Of a stretch of 56,804 nucleotides of DNA, positions 8,170-19,448 are shown piece after piece (the first letter of the stretch is position 1; each line of letters opens with the position of its first letter). The notes beneath the pieces were generated by a model. That model was not told the origin of the DNA, ran no database searches, and was given only the letters and a program-made list of their open reading frames with translations. The position numbers were made by a program, and so were the translations under genes. Source of the DNA: a virus (lineage: Duplodnaviria > Caudoviricetes); the IMG/VR virus record IMGVR_UViG_3300032240_000220, positions 1 to 56,804 of that record; one strand, 5' to 3'.

Positions 8170-8426
8170 AATATGTCGTGGCAATTGGGCTTTTAGCCCT
8201 TGTGGGGTGTAACACCACCTCAAACTTCCCAAGCCCTCCTCAGCAGTCCCTCATTGTGGACAGAGAGGTTCAGGGTATGAGCAGGAATGAAGTCATCATG
8301 GCTATACAGGAATGCGAAGCAGGCGGTTTACGTGCAGTCGTAATGACCACCAAACGCAAGATCAATGGGTACTCCTCAGACATTGTGTTTGATGTGACCT
8401 GCGCCCCTAAATTCAAAGTCTTTTAA
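8166..8426 (+). CDS. Putative lipoprotein
   Basis: Signal MKYVVAIGLLA plus lipobox LVGC. Confidence 0.7.
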   Translation: MKYVVAIGLLALVGCNTTSNFPSPPQQSLIVDREVQGMSRNEVIMAIQECEAGGLRAVVMTTKRKINGYSSDIVFDVTCAPKFKVF

Positions 8427-8435
8427 GGAAACCAT

Positions 8436-9194
8436 ATGACTATTGTAGTAAGGGCGTCTGAGTCCCAGCACTGGTACACCAGAGCAGGTAGTCCGCAATA
8501 CACCGTCACCGCAAAGAACGGTAACCAGCGCAACACCACCCTCGCTGATGCACGCAAGATGGATTTGGTTCCCTCGGTGACCACCATTATGAGTTGCGCC
8601 GCTAAGCCCTCTCTAGAGGCTTGGAAGCTCAATCAAATGATGCTTGCCTGCATGACCCTCCCAAGGGTTGAAGACGAGCCTGAAGAGGCGTTTATTCAGC
8701 GAGTTGTCAAAGACTCCAAGGAACACGCCAAGATGGCGGCAGAGCGTGGCACAGCCGTCCACACCGCCCTCGAGTCATGGTACGAAGGGGTGATGCTCGC
8801 TGACCAAGCAGATTACCAGCTTGGGGTAGCGGAAGCTATCAAGGAGCACTTTGGAGAACCTGAGTGGAGCGTGGAGAAGTCTTTTGCTAACCAACTAGGT
8901 TTCGGAGGAAAGATTGACCTGCACAGCCTAGATGGAGAGGGGGTAGTAATTGACTTCAAGACGAAGGAGTTCACTGACCCTGATCAGGTTACAGGGTTTG
9001 AAGAGAATGTGATGCAACTCGCGGCGTATCGGGTAGGAATCCATATGCCAAATGCGAGGTGCGCAAACGTGTTTGTGTCTGTCACGAAGCCGGGTCTGGT
9101 CAAGATCATCGAGTGGCAACCAAATGAAATCGAACGTGGATGGGCTATGTTCGATGCTTTACGCCAATACTGGTATGCAAAAACGGGACTTTAA
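8436..9194 (+). CDS. PD-(D/E)XK exonuclease (Cas4/lambda-exo-like)
   Basis: PSVTTI, RGTAVH, E-KSF, GKIDL, IDFKT, QLAAY motifs. Confidence 0.85.
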   Translation: MTIVVRASESQHWYTRAGSPQYTVTAKNGNQRNTTLADARKMDLVPSVTTIMSCAAKPSLEAWKLNQMMLACMTLPRVEDEPEEAFIQRVVKDSKEHAKMAAERGTAVHTALESWYEGVMLADQADYQLGVAEAIKEHFGEPEWSVEKSFANQLGFGGKIDLHSLDGEGVVIDFKTKEFTDPDQVTGFEENVMQLAAYRVGIHMPNARCANVFVSVTKPGLVKIIEWQPNEIERGWAMFDALRQYWYAKTGL

Positions 9195-9196
9195 AA

Positions 9197-9445
9197 ATGG
9201 TAAAACTTGAAATAGAAAAATGCGATGTTGCATTCATTTGTGAAGCAATAGAACAAAGAGCCTTATATCTGACTACAAATATTATGGGCGCTACGATGAG
9301 TTCAATAAAGGATCAAATAAATGAGTTAAACGATCTTGCTAGTTCAGACGAGGAGGAAGCTTCAACTCCCAAAAAACCTCATTGGACGCAAACCGCTAAG
9401 GGCAAAGCCATCTTAGCCAAACGCAAACGCAGAAAAGCCAAATGA
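9197..9445 (+). CDS. Hypothetical protein with basic KKPHWTQT..GK tail (start revised)
   Basis: ATG at 9197 directly after the nuclease stop. Confidence 0.6.
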   Translation: MVKLEIEKCDVAFICEAIEQRALYLTTNIMGATMSSIKDQINELNDLASSDEEEASTPKKPHWTQTAKGKAILAKRKRRKAK

Positions 9446-9669
9446 CTGACAGATTGACACCTCAAGAAGTAGCAGAAGCATTCCGCAAGTGCTACCTCAA
9501 AGAGAACTACAACTTCTTAGAAGAAGACTTGCAAGAGTTGGCTAGAGGGCTAATCAAGGCGGCGGAACCCAAGATCGCCTTTGAGGAAAAGGAGAAGTGC
9601 ATCAAGTTTGTGCGCTCCCTCAACACTCAGGTAGCCCAAGCCTTACAAGACTTCAAAGGAGAAGTTTGA
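9442..9669 (+). CDS. Hypothetical protein
   Basis: 75-aa ORF, ATGA-coupled, last gene of the plus operon. Confidence 0.7.
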   Translation: MTDRLTPQEVAEAFRKCYLKENYNFLEEDLQELARGLIKAAEPKIAFEEKEKCIKFVRSLNTQVAQALQDFKGEV

Positions 9670-9790
9670 TGCGCCCGTAAGGTGTGAGTGGGGCTGGGTA
9701 TCCATACCGAAACCGCACCAATCAGAGCAAATAGCCTGACAGAAAACCTTCTATTTGTGATCTGGTCGACTGACCCCCGTAAGGGGTCAT

Positions 9791-9820
9791 AAAAAAGACC
9801 CCCCCAGTTAAGGGAGGGTC
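9791..9820 (-). terminator. Rho-independent terminator of the late (minus) operon
   Basis: GACCCUCCC stem, UUAACU loop, G-rich 3' arm ending GGGUC, then UUUUUU on the minus strand. Confidence 0.8.
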
Positions 9821-9879
9821 GTCAAGCTCCTGTTTGTCGTGGCAACTGCTAGGAGCATTTGGGGGAGACACACCCAAAT

Positions 9880-10974
9880 TTATGGCTGAGGCATTCCTAA
9901 CATTGGGCGTTCCTCAGCCGATTTTTCTCTCATCTTGTCGAGCACCATGAGCGCCGCGGGAGATGCCATAGTCAATCCTGTTCCAACTGCTCTAGTCATA
10001 GGATGTGGAATCAAAGATAGGGCAGAACCCGCCGCTCCCGCCCCAGCTATACCAGCACCCACAGTATCACCTGCGTTGTAACGAGATAGTGCTTCTTGAC
10101 CAAATCCAGCTATGCCAGCACCACCCAAAACCCCTCTTACTGGCGGAGAGTTGAGTAAAGCACCACCAATGTTGGTAGCTTTTTGTAGGGGGGACGTTTC
10201 AATTATTGGAGGCTTGTTGGTTCTAAAAGTAGGTGTACGCACCTCACCAGTTAAAGGATTGCGAATAGTCGCTCCCTTGCGGGTTCCTTGCTCTGCTTGA
10301 TGAGCTTGCGCCATGGTGTCAGCACCACGTTGGTTGTACCCCATAGAAGCTGTCCACTTCTCGACTGGAGTCATTGCTTTGGCATTGGGGGAAGGGCCAA
10401 GGATGGCGGAACCAATCGAATAGGTTGTACCCAAACCAGCACCAATGCCACCACCAAGCTCCGCCGCTTGCAAGCTACGCATGTGATCAACTGATGCAGG
10501 CGTAATGTTGTCTGGTGGCTTAGGAGCCTCTTCCTTTGCAGGTGTAGGCGTGAACCCACCCAACTCGTTGATCTTGTTAACGTATTCCAAAGACTTTGCA
10601 GGAGGGCTATCAGCCTCTCCAAGCAAGAAGGGGTGGTCGTACCCTGCGTTGTATCCGATAGCCGCTAATTTGGGGCTTCCGTAGCGTTCTACGCCTTGTT
10701 TGAGATACCTCATCCCAGTCTCGATGTTGGTGTCTAGGTCTTGCAAACCTTTTGTATCAACACCAAGCATTTTTCCTGTGGGTGGCATGACTTGCATCAC
10801 GCCAATTTCACCACTTGTACCGATAGCACTCATCCTGAGACCGCTCTCAACGTAAGCTAAGGTTACAGCTAGGCGAGGATCTACCCCATACTCCTTGGCT
10901 TTGGTAATAACCTTAAAAGCAATCTCTCGTTGCTGGGGGTCTAGCTTGTCAATGAACGCTAATTCGTCAGCCAT
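9880..10974 (-). CDS. Virion-associated soluble lytic transglycosylase (SLT) protein
   Basis: AYVESG, GVMQVMP, NIETGMRYL and GYNAG SLT motifs; Gly/Ala-rich hydrophobic C-terminus. Confidence 0.85.
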   Translation of the reverse strand: MADELAFIDKLDPQQREIAFKVITKAKEYGVDPRLAVTLAYVESGLRMSAIGTSGEIGVMQVMPPTGKMLGVDTKGLQDLDTNIETGMRYLKQGVERYGSPKLAAIGYNAGYDHPFLLGEADSPPAKSLEYVNKINELGGFTPTPAKEEAPKPPDNITPASVDHMRSLQAAELGGGIGAGLGTTYSIGSAILGPSPNAKAMTPVEKWTASMGYNQRGADTMAQAHQAEQGTRKGATIRNPLTGEVRTPTFRTNKPPIIETSPLQKATNIGGALLNSPPVRGVLGGAGIAGFGQEALSRYNAGDTVGAGIAGAGAAGSALSLIPHPMTRAVGTGLTMASPAALMVLDKMREKSAEERPMLGMPQP

Positions 10975-10982
10975 ACCAGTCC

Positions 10983-12572
10983 TTATTGGTTACCAAGTTC
11001 TTTTTTGAGGTCTTGTGCGGAAATCTTGCCAGCGGGTGTAGTCGTACCAGTTTTTGTAGTTGTGCCTTTTGAACTTGGGGACACAATGTTCATCAAGCGA
11101 TTCTGATACGCATTGAATATCGTATCGAACCTTGGAGTATCTTCAAACTGGTCATAAGACAACTTGCTACGTTTGAGTTCTTTTGCGAGTTCAATGTCAA
11201 ACTTAGCTTTCTCTTGCAAGAACTTGATCTTTTGCATGTAAGCGCCGTATGGATCATCTTGGCTAGGCGTTACGCGGTTAGCCATCATCTGTTCCATATT
11301 AGACACAGAAGTACCAGCGCCTAGACCTTTACGGCTTTCCATCTGCCACATAGCTTCGATTTGACCCAACTCAGCAAGCTTGTCGATCATCTCTTGTGGC
11401 GCGCCAGACTCAGTAATAATTTTCTTAACTGCTGGAATACCAATAGAGAAGTTACCAATCTTGAACGCTTCGTTGACCAAGTTACCCAAGGCAGAGGTCA
11501 CATCACCCCTACTTAAGACACCAAGATATTCTTTAATTCTTGGATCAGCCAATATTTCATTAGCGCGAGTAAAGCCTGCCTGAGAGCCTCGAGCGCCTTT
11601 GGCGGCGTCTAATGCGGCGTTGGTGCGCTCAGCCTCAGAGGTAGCCATCTTGACGGCGCGCTCTTTGTTGGCGGCGGCTTCTGCTTCCAAGGAAGATTGC
11701 GTAGTGCGATCACCACCACTAACGACAGGTGCTCCACCAGCAGGCACAGCGTCACGGGAAATGGGCTTAGAGGTGGCGTCAACGATGCTCCAATACTTCT
11801 TGCCGTCACCAGCACGACGAGCTTCGTCGAGAGCCATGGCGTCTTCTTCAGGCATTTTGATGATCCCGACCCCGGGGACGATGCGCTCCACCATCGGTTT
11901 GCCACCAAATGGCGTGTACTTGGGGCCACCCTGTGCAGTGACATCGACATAGCCCCCGGGTTGCACCTTGAATCCCTCGTTCTTCAGCTTCAAGAACTCC
12001 ATCGCTGACTTACCCAACTCCGTGTCATAGCGACCAATCAGGAACGCCTTCTCTGCTGTCATGTCCAAGAACCCTGAAGGAAACTGTTGACCATTGACAG
12101 AAATGGTTTTTGATTGATCACCAGCGGGCGCGCCAGCTTGAACGCCAGCTTGAGCAGGTGCACCAGTAGTGGTTGGCTTACCTGTACCAAACGCAATACC
12201 AAGCGCTTTGTTTTTAAGGTCTTGTTGGCGTTCAGCTTGAGCTAGTTGCAAACGGATCTGTGCGTTGTCTAGATTTTCTTTTTCTTCTTGTTGCTGGACT
12301 TTTAAGACGTTACCAGCCGCTTGCCCTACTCCCTCACCAAATGATCCTGTAGCAGTAGGTGCTAGCATTCCTTGAGAGATAGCCAAGAGGGTTGGGTTGT
12401 ATCCACGAGTTTGACGTGCATCTAACGCCGCCTTAATCTTTGCTAAAGCGTTTTTGTATTCCAGTTCCGAATCGGTCTGGTCGGTAAGATTCAAAGAACT
12501 TCCCTCAAGAGGGCCAACCCCAGAGGGTTTCAAAGAACCCGCGGCTAATGCTGTTAGTGCGCTTCCTCCCAT
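10983..12572 (-). CDS. Putative internal virion/ejection protein
   Basis: 529 aa, helical and Ala/Gly/Gln-rich, located at the end of the podovirus late operon. Confidence 0.6.
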   Translation of the reverse strand: MGGSALTALAAGSLKPSGVGPLEGSSLNLTDQTDSELEYKNALAKIKAALDARQTRGYNPTLLAISQGMLAPTATGSFGEGVGQAAGNVLKVQQQEEKENLDNAQIRLQLAQAERQQDLKNKALGIAFGTGKPTTTGAPAQAGVQAGAPAGDQSKTISVNGQQFPSGFLDMTAEKAFLIGRYDTELGKSAMEFLKLKNEGFKVQPGGYVDVTAQGGPKYTPFGGKPMVERIVPGVGIIKMPEEDAMALDEARRAGDGKKYWSIVDATSKPISRDAVPAGGAPVVSGGDRTTQSSLEAEAAANKERAVKMATSEAERTNAALDAAKGARGSQAGFTRANEILADPRIKEYLGVLSRGDVTSALGNLVNEAFKIGNFSIGIPAVKKIITESGAPQEMIDKLAELGQIEAMWQMESRKGLGAGTSVSNMEQMMANRVTPSQDDPYGAYMQKIKFLQEKAKFDIELAKELKRSKLSYDQFEDTPRFDTIFNAYQNRLMNIVSPSSKGTTTKTGTTTPAGKISAQDLKKELGNQ

Positions 12573-12574
12573 TA

Positions 12575-13639
12575 TTATTCTCCTTCGCCTATTGCCGTAC
12601 CGCCACCAATTAACTGACCATTTGCATCGTAATATGATTTATTATTTGCATTTGATCCAATTAATGAATTAACGCCTTCAGTGGTTGTTCCGCTCATTCC
12701 AGTTTGATCAGAACTAAAAATATTACCAACATCGCCCCAGCTAGAGGTTGGGATTTTGTTTAATATGGTGGAGAGCCAGCCGGGCGTCGTAGTGCCAGCC
12801 GCATTTGTCGATGTGCTTAATCCACTACCAATCAACGCCCCTAGACCTGTAATCTGAGACAACGGAGAAGCGCTGTATACCCCAGCCATTGGGCCTCTGT
12901 ACGTCTCGGTAACCGATGTAGGAACCTGATACCCGCGCATGAGAGCGGCGGCGTTGGTAGCGTTCTTCAATGGCGCATCAATTTTCGCTTGGTTAAATGA
13001 TTGTTGCTCAGCACCTGCTTTGGTCATTGCACCTGCACCTGTAAGACCTAGCTCTTGCTCTTTTCCAGCCAAGTTTCCTTGAGTCTGAGCAACTTGATTT
13101 TGCAGTTGCGCCTCAGCGAGAGCGGCGTCCAGAGCGGATTTATAACCAGAACTTAAAGCACCATACTGTTGACCAGTAAGGTTGGATTGCCAGTCAGCGG
13201 CAGTCTGACCCAATGCGTTCGCATAGCGTTGGCTTCCCAAACCACCAGTACCAACAAACCCAGCCTTCAGTTGAGGCATTAAGTTTCGTTGGATGTTTTG
13301 ATTTTGCAAGCGAGCCATCTCATCTACCACGTTGGTGGTATACGGATTCATAAACCTGTTAATGTCTTGAGAGCTTACGCCAGACGCATTAGCCGCCGTT
13401 TGCTCGGCAGTAGTAAGTTGAGGTTTGTATGCATCAGCGGCGGTAGGAATTGCTCCATACCCTTTTGTTTGCAAGTCAGTCAGTGGAGCTACAAGTTGAT
13501 CAGCAGGGCGGTTAAGCGCTGTTGCACCTGCACCAGCAATTCCAGACAAATAGTCTGTAAAAAACTGTGGTGCTGTTGTTGCAGACGTCTTTGTGGTGTT
13601 AACGTCTGGTGCTACTTTACCTTGGAAAATATCAGCCAT
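12575..13639 (-). CDS. Putative DNA-transfer/ejection protein
   Basis: FMNPYTTNVVD, GGLGSQR, Q/A/G-rich composition typical of pilot proteins. Confidence 0.65.
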   Translation of the reverse strand: MADIFQGKVAPDVNTTKTSATTAPQFFTDYLSGIAGAGATALNRPADQLVAPLTDLQTKGYGAIPTAADAYKPQLTTAEQTAANASGVSSQDINRFMNPYTTNVVDEMARLQNQNIQRNLMPQLKAGFVGTGGLGSQRYANALGQTAADWQSNLTGQQYGALSSGYKSALDAALAEAQLQNQVAQTQGNLAGKEQELGLTGAGAMTKAGAEQQSFNQAKIDAPLKNATNAAALMRGYQVPTSVTETYRGPMAGVYSASPLSQITGLGALIGSGLSTSTNAAGTTTPGWLSTILNKIPTSSWGDVGNIFSSDQTGMSGTTTEGVNSLIGSNANNKSYYDANGQLIGGGTAIGEGE

Positions 13640-13641
13640 TT

Positions 13642-16600
13642 TTAGCTCCTAGCCTTTGTGCGCTTAGTTTTGAGGAAGTCAAGAGGTGACTTAATCTCTG
13701 GTGGCAAATCTTGTGGTTTTGCCGATCTGACATGCGAACGGATGCCATGCATCATGTCATAGAGTTTATCTGAACCTGCCTTAGTTGACCCGTTTCCGAT
13801 TGCGGCTACAACGTCCGCAGGAAAAACAAATTCACCGTCTGCCAACATAGCTGGAATATCGTCTGATTGACCATCCCCTGCACCTGTTACAGCGTCTCCA
13901 GAGCGGAAGTCAACCCGCATTTTTCCACTATGGGGGATGACGTTGGCAGACAGACCTCCAGTAGCGTATTGTCCGTAGCGAGTACCAGTCATGCCACCCG
14001 CCGCCATCAAAGGAGTTGACATCAGCCCTCCTTCTTTGGCGTACATACCTGTGTCAGTTGACAACCCAAGGATGTCGTCAATGGACTGGTTTTGCCCATA
14101 GTTGTAAAAAGGATCATTCATATTTTGCTGGCTTTCAGGTTGCTGGACTGATTGAGTTACTGGTTGTTCTGGTAATTTGTACGGATTTTCGTCTGCAAAT
14201 GGCTGTGTTTGCAAGCGATAGAAAGCTTCAAGAGGATCTTTGAAGGTGTCTTGAGTTGCTTTAGATGTCAAGAATGTGGGTGCGAGTGCCGCCGCGGCAG
14301 TAAGCGCACCTGCTCCAGCAGACGAGAGTTGATCTCCAATACCACCCAATGTAGGAGCAGATCTTCCTAAGTTGGCTTTTTGAGTTGCAATTCTGTCAGC
14401 TTCCAGCTTGTCAGCGGCGGCTTTAGCGTCTGCCGCCGCCTTTGCGTCCGATGCGGCTTTAGCATCTGCAATGGCTTTAGCATCTGCCTCTGCTTTAGCT
14501 TTAGCCTCTGCATCAGCCTTAGCTTGAGCTTCCGCTTGTGCTCTTGCTTGCGCTTCCAAGGCGGCTTTAACCGCGGCTTCTTGTGCGGCTTTTTGCTCTG
14601 TGGCTACTTGCGCATCATGCGCCGCTTTTGCTTCAGCCGCTTGTTGAGCCGCTAACGCCTCAGCCTGTGCTTTGGCCTGAGCTTCTGCCTGAGCTTTTGC
14701 TTGCGCTTCTGCTGTAGCTTTATCAATTTCCGCTTGTCTTTCTTTAGCCGCTTGGGCTTCAGCGGCTACTTGTGCATCGTGTGCCGCTTGAGCATCCGAA
14801 GCGGCTTTAGCGGCGTCGGCATCTCGAGCCAATTTAGCATCAGCGGTGGCTTTATCTATTGCGGCTTGACGCTCTGCGGTGGCTTTGGCCTCTGCCGCTA
14901 CTTGAGCATCGTGAGCGGCTTGCGCATCAGCAAGGGCTTTAGCGTCAGCAATTGCTTTTGCTTGGGAAGCGGCTTGCGCATCTGCAAGAGCCTTTGCGTC
15001 AGAGGCGGCTTTATTGTCGGCGGCGGCTTTTGCTTCAACAATTTGTTGCGCGGCTATTTGATCTGAACGAGCTTTGGCTTCAGCAATTGCTTTTGCATCA
15101 GCCTCTGCTTTAGCTTGTGCTTCAGCTTGAGCTTTAACTTTAGCCTGCTCTTGAGCTTGCAATCTATCTTGTTCGGCTTGTTTTGCAATTTCTTCTTGTC
15201 TTAACGCTTCTTCCCTAGCGGCTTGAGCCGCCGCTTCTGCTCGAGCTTGGTCTTGAGCTTGTTTAGCAAGACGTGCAGACTCCGCTAGGTCAGCTTGTTT
15301 TTTAGCTTCTGCAAGCGCGGCTTCTTTGGCGGCTTGTGCATCACGTTGTATTTGTGCTTGTCGTTGAGCTTCTGCCTGCGCGTCTGCTTGCGCCTTAGCT
15401 TGGGCATCTGCTTGTGCCTTTGCTTGCGCCTCCGCTTGGGCTTTTGCTTGTGCATCTGCTTGTGCATCTGCTTGGGCTTTAGCTTGCGCTTCTGCCTGAG
15501 CACGAGCTTGTGCATCCGCTTGTGCTTGAGCTTGAGCTTGAGCTTCAGCCTGTGCTTGTGCTTGTGCTTGTGCTTGTGCTTGTGCTTGTGCTTTAGCATC
15601 TGCGTCTGCCTTGGCTTGAGCATCTGCCTTGGCTTGTGCTTCAGAAGCTAGACGAGCATCCTCCGCGGCTTTTTGGGCGTCAGCCTGCGCTTTGGCTTGC
15701 GATTCTGCTAGTTGACGTGCAATCTCTGCTTGTCTTGCGGATTCTTGACGAGCGGCTTGTGCGGCGGTTTCCGCCTTGGCTTGGTCTTGCACTTCTTTGG
15801 CAAGTCTGGCAGATTCAGCTAAGTCTGATTGGCGTTTTGCCTCAACGTCCGCGGCTTGCTTTGCCGCCAATGCATCTGCTTGTGCTTTAGCCTGTCTATC
15901 AGCCTCTTCTTGCGCTAATCTAGCCTGTTCTTGAGCTTGTTTGGTCGCCTCTTCCCGAGCGGTTTGCTCTTGCGCTAAACGATCTGCCTCCGCCTTAGCC
16001 TGCGCATCCGCTTGCGCTTTAGCCTGTGCATCAGCTTGTGCTTTAGCTTGGGCATCCGCCTGTGTTTTAGCATCAGTCTCTGCCTGAGTCTTGGCTTGTA
16101 ACTCAGCTTGCGCTAAACGCTCTACTTCTGCCTCAATCTGAGCGTCTTTTTGAGTGTCAACAGTATTAGTAGGAAGTAATTGTGTAGTAGTATCAGTAGG
16201 CGCATTTGTTTCTGTGCCAATTGATGTACCGCCAGTGGTTCCACCTAAACCCGTACTAGTGTCAGAAGTTGGTTCTGTTTTATCTGGCTTAGCTAATGAA
16301 GTAAACGAATAACCACCGCTACCCATCATCCAATAGCCATTGTTGGCCGCATCAACCCAAACGCCACGGTCTGGGTTCCATACAGCACCACGATCTGGCG
16401 GGAATACTTTGCTTACAGTGCCATTAGTCAAACCAGTGTTTGGCAATGTGGAATCACTAGATGCAACTTGAGTCCCAGTGTAATCAGACGCTACGTTTTC
16501 TGCTGTCTTGTAACCAGCCGTAACATCTTTAACCTCTTCTTGTGCTTGCTGTAACGGCGTTTTAGGTTCTTCAGTTTTTGCTTTGGCTTGTGCATCCGCC

Positions 16601-18792
16601 TGTGTTTTAGCGTCTGCTTGAGCCTTTGTTTCTGCTTCGGCTTGAGCTTTTGCTTGCTCTTGTGCCTGTTGATCAGCAAGTGCTTTAGCGTCAGCTAATG
16701 ATTTTTCATGCGCCGCTTGCTCATCAGCCAAACGCTTGGCTTCTGCTTGAGCGGCTACTCTTGCATCCTCAGCTTCTTTGGCGGCGGTTGCTTGGCGAGC
16801 AGATTCTTCCCTAGCCGCCTGCGCCGCCGTTTCCGCCTTCACTTGATCCTCTGTTTCTTTGGCGAGACGAGCGGCTTCGGCAAGTTCAGTTTGACGTTTC
16901 GCTTCTGCATCAGCCGAGGCTTTTGCGGCGTCAGCATCCGCTTTTGCTTTTGCTTGTCTGTCAGCTTCGTCCTGAGCTACTTTGGCATCCTCTGCCGTCT
17001 TCTTAGCCAACGCGCTAGCATCATCCACCGCTTTTTGTGCCGCTACTCTGTCCGCTTCTTGCGCTTTAAGAAATTCTTGATCTTTGTTGTATTGCGCTAC
17101 ATTTCCGCCATATAAACTGTATAACTTGTAATCAGGGAAACCTGTTTTTTGTGCAATTGCTTGTTGAGCTAATTGTTGATCGCTTTTATAAGCGTTGATG
17201 TCTCCGTTGTATTTATCAGATGTAAAAACATCTGGAAACCCAGCTTTTTGTGCCTCTTCATATTTTTTAGCATACTCAGCATTTTTTTGTTCTTCAGCTT
17301 GAGCATTTATATAACTGGCGTAATCAGGGTATCCATGCGCTTTAGCTTCTTCTAGTTGTGCATCGCCTGCAGATTGCCATAATAATCGACCTGCTTCTGC
17401 TTTATCCGCCGCCGCCTTGTCTGCCGCCGCTTTTTCATCTATTGCTTTTTGAGCTTCAGCTTTTTGTTGCTCTTCTAATTTTGCTTGCTCTGCTTTTTTT
17501 TGCTCTTCTAATTTTGTTTGTTGCTCTTTTATAAGAGCATTTTGCTCATCTGTTACTTGTTTTAATGCTGTTGGAGAAACTGATCCAGCCAAATCAGCAA
17601 CATACTTTTGAACTTCATTTTGATATTTAGTTATATCATCTGAATTTAATTTGACTAAATTAGTGTTATTGTTATTAAGTTCCGAAATTTGAGTATTAAT
17701 CTTTTCAAGAGGAACATTAAACAACTTCTCATATTGTTTTTCAAATGTTTTAACTTGTTCAAGATGATACGGAAGATTGTTATCAACCCATGATTGAGTA
17801 GTTCCTTGTTTTTGTTCAAGAATAGGTTGAAGATCATTTAACTTTGCAACAGCATCATTTGCTTTTGTATAAGCGTCATTGTTGCTTGGGTTAGCCTCAA
17901 ACGCCGCCTTGTTTTCTTCATAAACTTTATAAGTATCAAGAAATTGTTGTCTAGTAGTGTTGTAATCGTTAGTAAGAGAAACTGCTGTGTTATATGCATT
18001 TTGTGCATATTGAATAGCCTGTCTGTAACCACTGTTACCATAATAGGTATTGGCTTGCGAAACTAAATCTTCAGCTTGTTTGGCAAGTGATTTACCAATC
18101 TCATTGTTTTTATTGATTTGATCTGAACGCCCTTCAATAGCCGCAGACAAAGAAGTGGTTACAACTGAATTTGCAATTGCCTGTGTAACATCTTTACCAG
18201 CCAAAATGGCTTGCGTAGCGCTTTGTACAGCACCAGTAATTAGTTTGTTGTCTACCTTGGTGTAACCTTGATCTGTTAACTGAGCATTGACGTAGCTAGT
18301 TACCGCTCCAGTAACGCCAGCTTTAAGCACATCATCTAAACTTTTCCCTTGAAGCGCAGTGACAGCCGCTGATCCAGACGAGCTTATAACTATTTGTTTG
18401 ATTAACGCTTCATTTGCGTATTGGGGGCCAAGTTGTTGGAGGGTTTGGCTTTCAATTGGTGAGTAAATGTCACCAGCCTCAATACCAATTTTTCCACCCG
18501 CATAAGCCGTAGCCGCCGCAAGCGCAATGTTCTCCATCTTCCCGCCGTTGGCGGCGGCAACCGCGGCGCTAGCAAGCGTAGCGGCGTAGGCTTCTGAGGC
18601 GATTGCTAGACCTGCTGGGCCGAGGATTGCAGTTAACGCTACCGTTTCAATAATTGGTAGCGGGTTACGAATAATGTTGTCTACAGCCGTATTTACACTA
18701 CTAACAATCTTTTGAACGCCAGATGTAGTTTTGTCAAGAAGACTTTGACCTGAACTTTGTAGATTGTCTAATTCTTGGCCTGCATCAGACAT
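13642..18792 (-). CDS. Very large internal virion protein with AQA/KAD coiled-coil repeats
   Basis: 1716 aa; long A/Q/K/E/D repeat core; C-terminal [26 protein letters not shown] domain preceded by xGG motifs. Confidence 0.75.
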   Translation of the reverse strand: MSDAGQELDNLQSSGQSLLDKTTSGVQKIVSSVNTAVDNIIRNPLPIIETVALTAILGPAGLAIASEAYAATLASAAVAAANGGKMENIALAAATAYAGGKIGIEAGDIYSPIESQTLQQLGPQYANEALIKQIVISSSGSAAVTALQGKSLDDVLKAGVTGAVTSYVNAQLTDQGYTKVDNKLITGAVQSATQAILAGKDVTQAIANSVVTTSLSAAIEGRSDQINKNNEIGKSLAKQAEDLVSQANTYYGNSGYRQAIQYAQNAYNTAVSLTNDYNTTRQQFLDTYKVYEENKAAFEANPSNNDAYTKANDAVAKLNDLQPILEQKQGTTQSWVDNNLPYHLEQVKTFEKQYEKLFNVPLEKINTQISELNNNNTNLVKLNSDDITKYQNEVQKYVADLAGSVSPTALKQVTDEQNALIKEQQTKLEEQKKAEQAKLEEQQKAEAQKAIDEKAAADKAAADKAEAGRLLWQSAGDAQLEEAKAHGYPDYASYINAQAEEQKNAEYAKKYEEAQKAGFPDVFTSDKYNGDINAYKSDQQLAQQAIAQKTGFPDYKLYSLYGGNVAQYNKDQEFLKAQEADRVAAQKAVDDASALAKKTAEDAKVAQDEADRQAKAKADADAAKASADAEAKRQTELAEAARLAKETEDQVKAETAAQAAREESARQATAAKEAEDARVAAQAEAKRLADEQAAHEKSLADAKALADQQAQEQAKAQAEAETKAQADAKTQADAQAKAKTEEPKTPLQQAQEEVKDVTAGYKTAENVASDYTGTQVASSDSTLPNTGLTNGTVSKVFPPDRGAVWNPDRGVWVDAANNGYWMMGSGGYSFTSLAKPDKTEPTSDTSTGLGGTTGGTSIGTETNAPTDTTTQLLPTNTVDTQKDAQIEAEVERLAQAELQAKTQAETDAKTQADAQAKAQADAQAKAQADAQAKAEADRLAQEQTAREEATKQAQEQARLAQEEADRQAKAQADALAAKQAADVEAKRQSDLAESARLAKEVQDQAKAETAAQAARQESARQAEIARQLAESQAKAQADAQKAAEDARLASEAQAKADAQAKADADAKAQAQAQAQAQAQAQAEAQAQAQAQADAQARAQAEAQAKAQADAQADAQAKAQAEAQAKAQADAQAKAQADAQAEAQRQAQIQRDAQAAKEAALAEAKKQADLAESARLAKQAQDQARAEAAAQAAREEALRQEEIAKQAEQDRLQAQEQAKVKAQAEAQAKAEADAKAIAEAKARSDQIAAQQIVEAKAAADNKAASDAKALADAQAASQAKAIADAKALADAQAAHDAQVAAEAKATAERQAAIDKATADAKLARDADAAKAASDAQAAHDAQVAAEAQAAKERQAEIDKATAEAQAKAQAEAQAKAQAEALAAQQAAEAKAAHDAQVATEQKAAQEAAVKAALEAQARAQAEAQAKADAEAKAKAEADAKAIADAKAASDAKAAADAKAAADKLEADRIATQKANLGRSAPTLGGIGDQLSSAGAGALTAAAALAPTFLTSKATQDTFKDPLEAFYRLQTQPFADENPYKLPEQPVTQSVQQPESQQNMNDPFYNYGQNQSIDDILGLSTDTGMYAKEGGLMSTPLMAAGGMTGTRYGQYATGGLSANVIPHSGKMRVDFRSGDAVTGAGDGQSDDIPAMLADGEFVFPADVVAAIGNGSTKAGSDKLYDMMHGIRSHVRSAKPQDLPPEIKSPLDFLKTKRTKARS
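15551..15592. repeat. (TGTGCT)n microsatellite encoding poly-(AQ)
   Basis: About 7 perfect tandem hexamers inside the 1716-aa gene. Confidence 0.9.
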
Positions 18793-19189
18793 TTACTGTT
18801 CCTCTGTACTGCGTTATGCCATTTTCATCAACGCCTAAGTTTTCTATTTTGATTGGATAACCAAATCTTTCAATCAGTTGTAATGTGGGTAAATTATCTG
18901 TTTTTCCAGACACATTTGTGTATCCAGCCACATGCATAGCTTTTGCAAATTCTCTAAAATTTCTAGCAAATTTGTTGGGCGGATCAGCGTTAAACATAGC
19001 AACTTCTGCTTTGTGCTCACCTTTGATAAAAATAATAAATAAAGAATTTCCAGAACGCATCATGCGCGCCGTGTTTGCTTGTATTAAATTTGCTACTTGC
19101 ACATAAGCTTTTTTCCAATCATGTCCAAACCTTTTTAGTTCTGGGCATTTTTGGAATATTTCTTGCGGAGTCATTAAATTTTTATCCAT
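18785..19189 (-). CDS. Hypothetical structural-module protein
   Basis: 134-aa ORF overlapping the start of the giant gene. Confidence 0.7.
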   Translation of the reverse strand: MDKNLMTPQEIFQKCPELKRFGHDWKKAYVQVANLIQANTARMMRSGNSLFIIFIKGEHKAEVAMFNADPPNKFARNFREFAKAMHVAGYTNVSGKTDNLPTLQLIERFGYPIKIENLGVDENGITQYRGTVNV

Positions 19190-19199
19190 ACCACGTCTC

Positions 19200-19448
19200 T
19201 TATGCTGTATCAGGGTTAACAGCGTTTACTAACGCCGCCGCCCAATCTTGCCAGTTTTCAAAGGCATCGGTCATTGGTATTGCTTCATTGGCGAATACAT
19301 CTATGGCACGAAGCCCATTTCCCCACAACTTCCAATTGTCCTCAGAAGTCGGAATCTCTAAGTTTTGCGCCGCGTATGCCTCAACCATAAGATAAGCCCA
19401 CGATAAAAAATCATGGTATCTAGGGTCATATACAAGCGCAATTGTCAT
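19200..19448 (-). CDS. Small Trp-rich hypothetical virion protein
   Basis: 82 aa, WQDWA motif, ATGA-coupled to the nozzle gene. Confidence 0.7.
   Translation of the reverse strand: MTIALVYDPRYHDFLSWAYLMVEAYAAQNLEIPTSEDNWKLWGNGLRAIDVFANEAIPMTDAFENWQDWAAALVNAVNPDTA

Noticed and set aside
8436-9194. Cas4 as part of a CRISPR system
   Set aside because: No other cas genes or array, and no Fe-S cysteine set; fits a phage recombination exonuclease
9700-9770. Hammerhead ribozyme (CGAAAC and CTGACAGA present)
   Set aside because: CTGACAGA does not fit CUGANGA, and no stem III with a GUH cleavage triplet can be built
14380-17115. CRISPR array, or Cys/Leu-rich and His-Lys-repeat ORFs
   Set aside because: These are shadows of the AQ/KA repeats of the 1716-aa gene; no repeat-spacer structure
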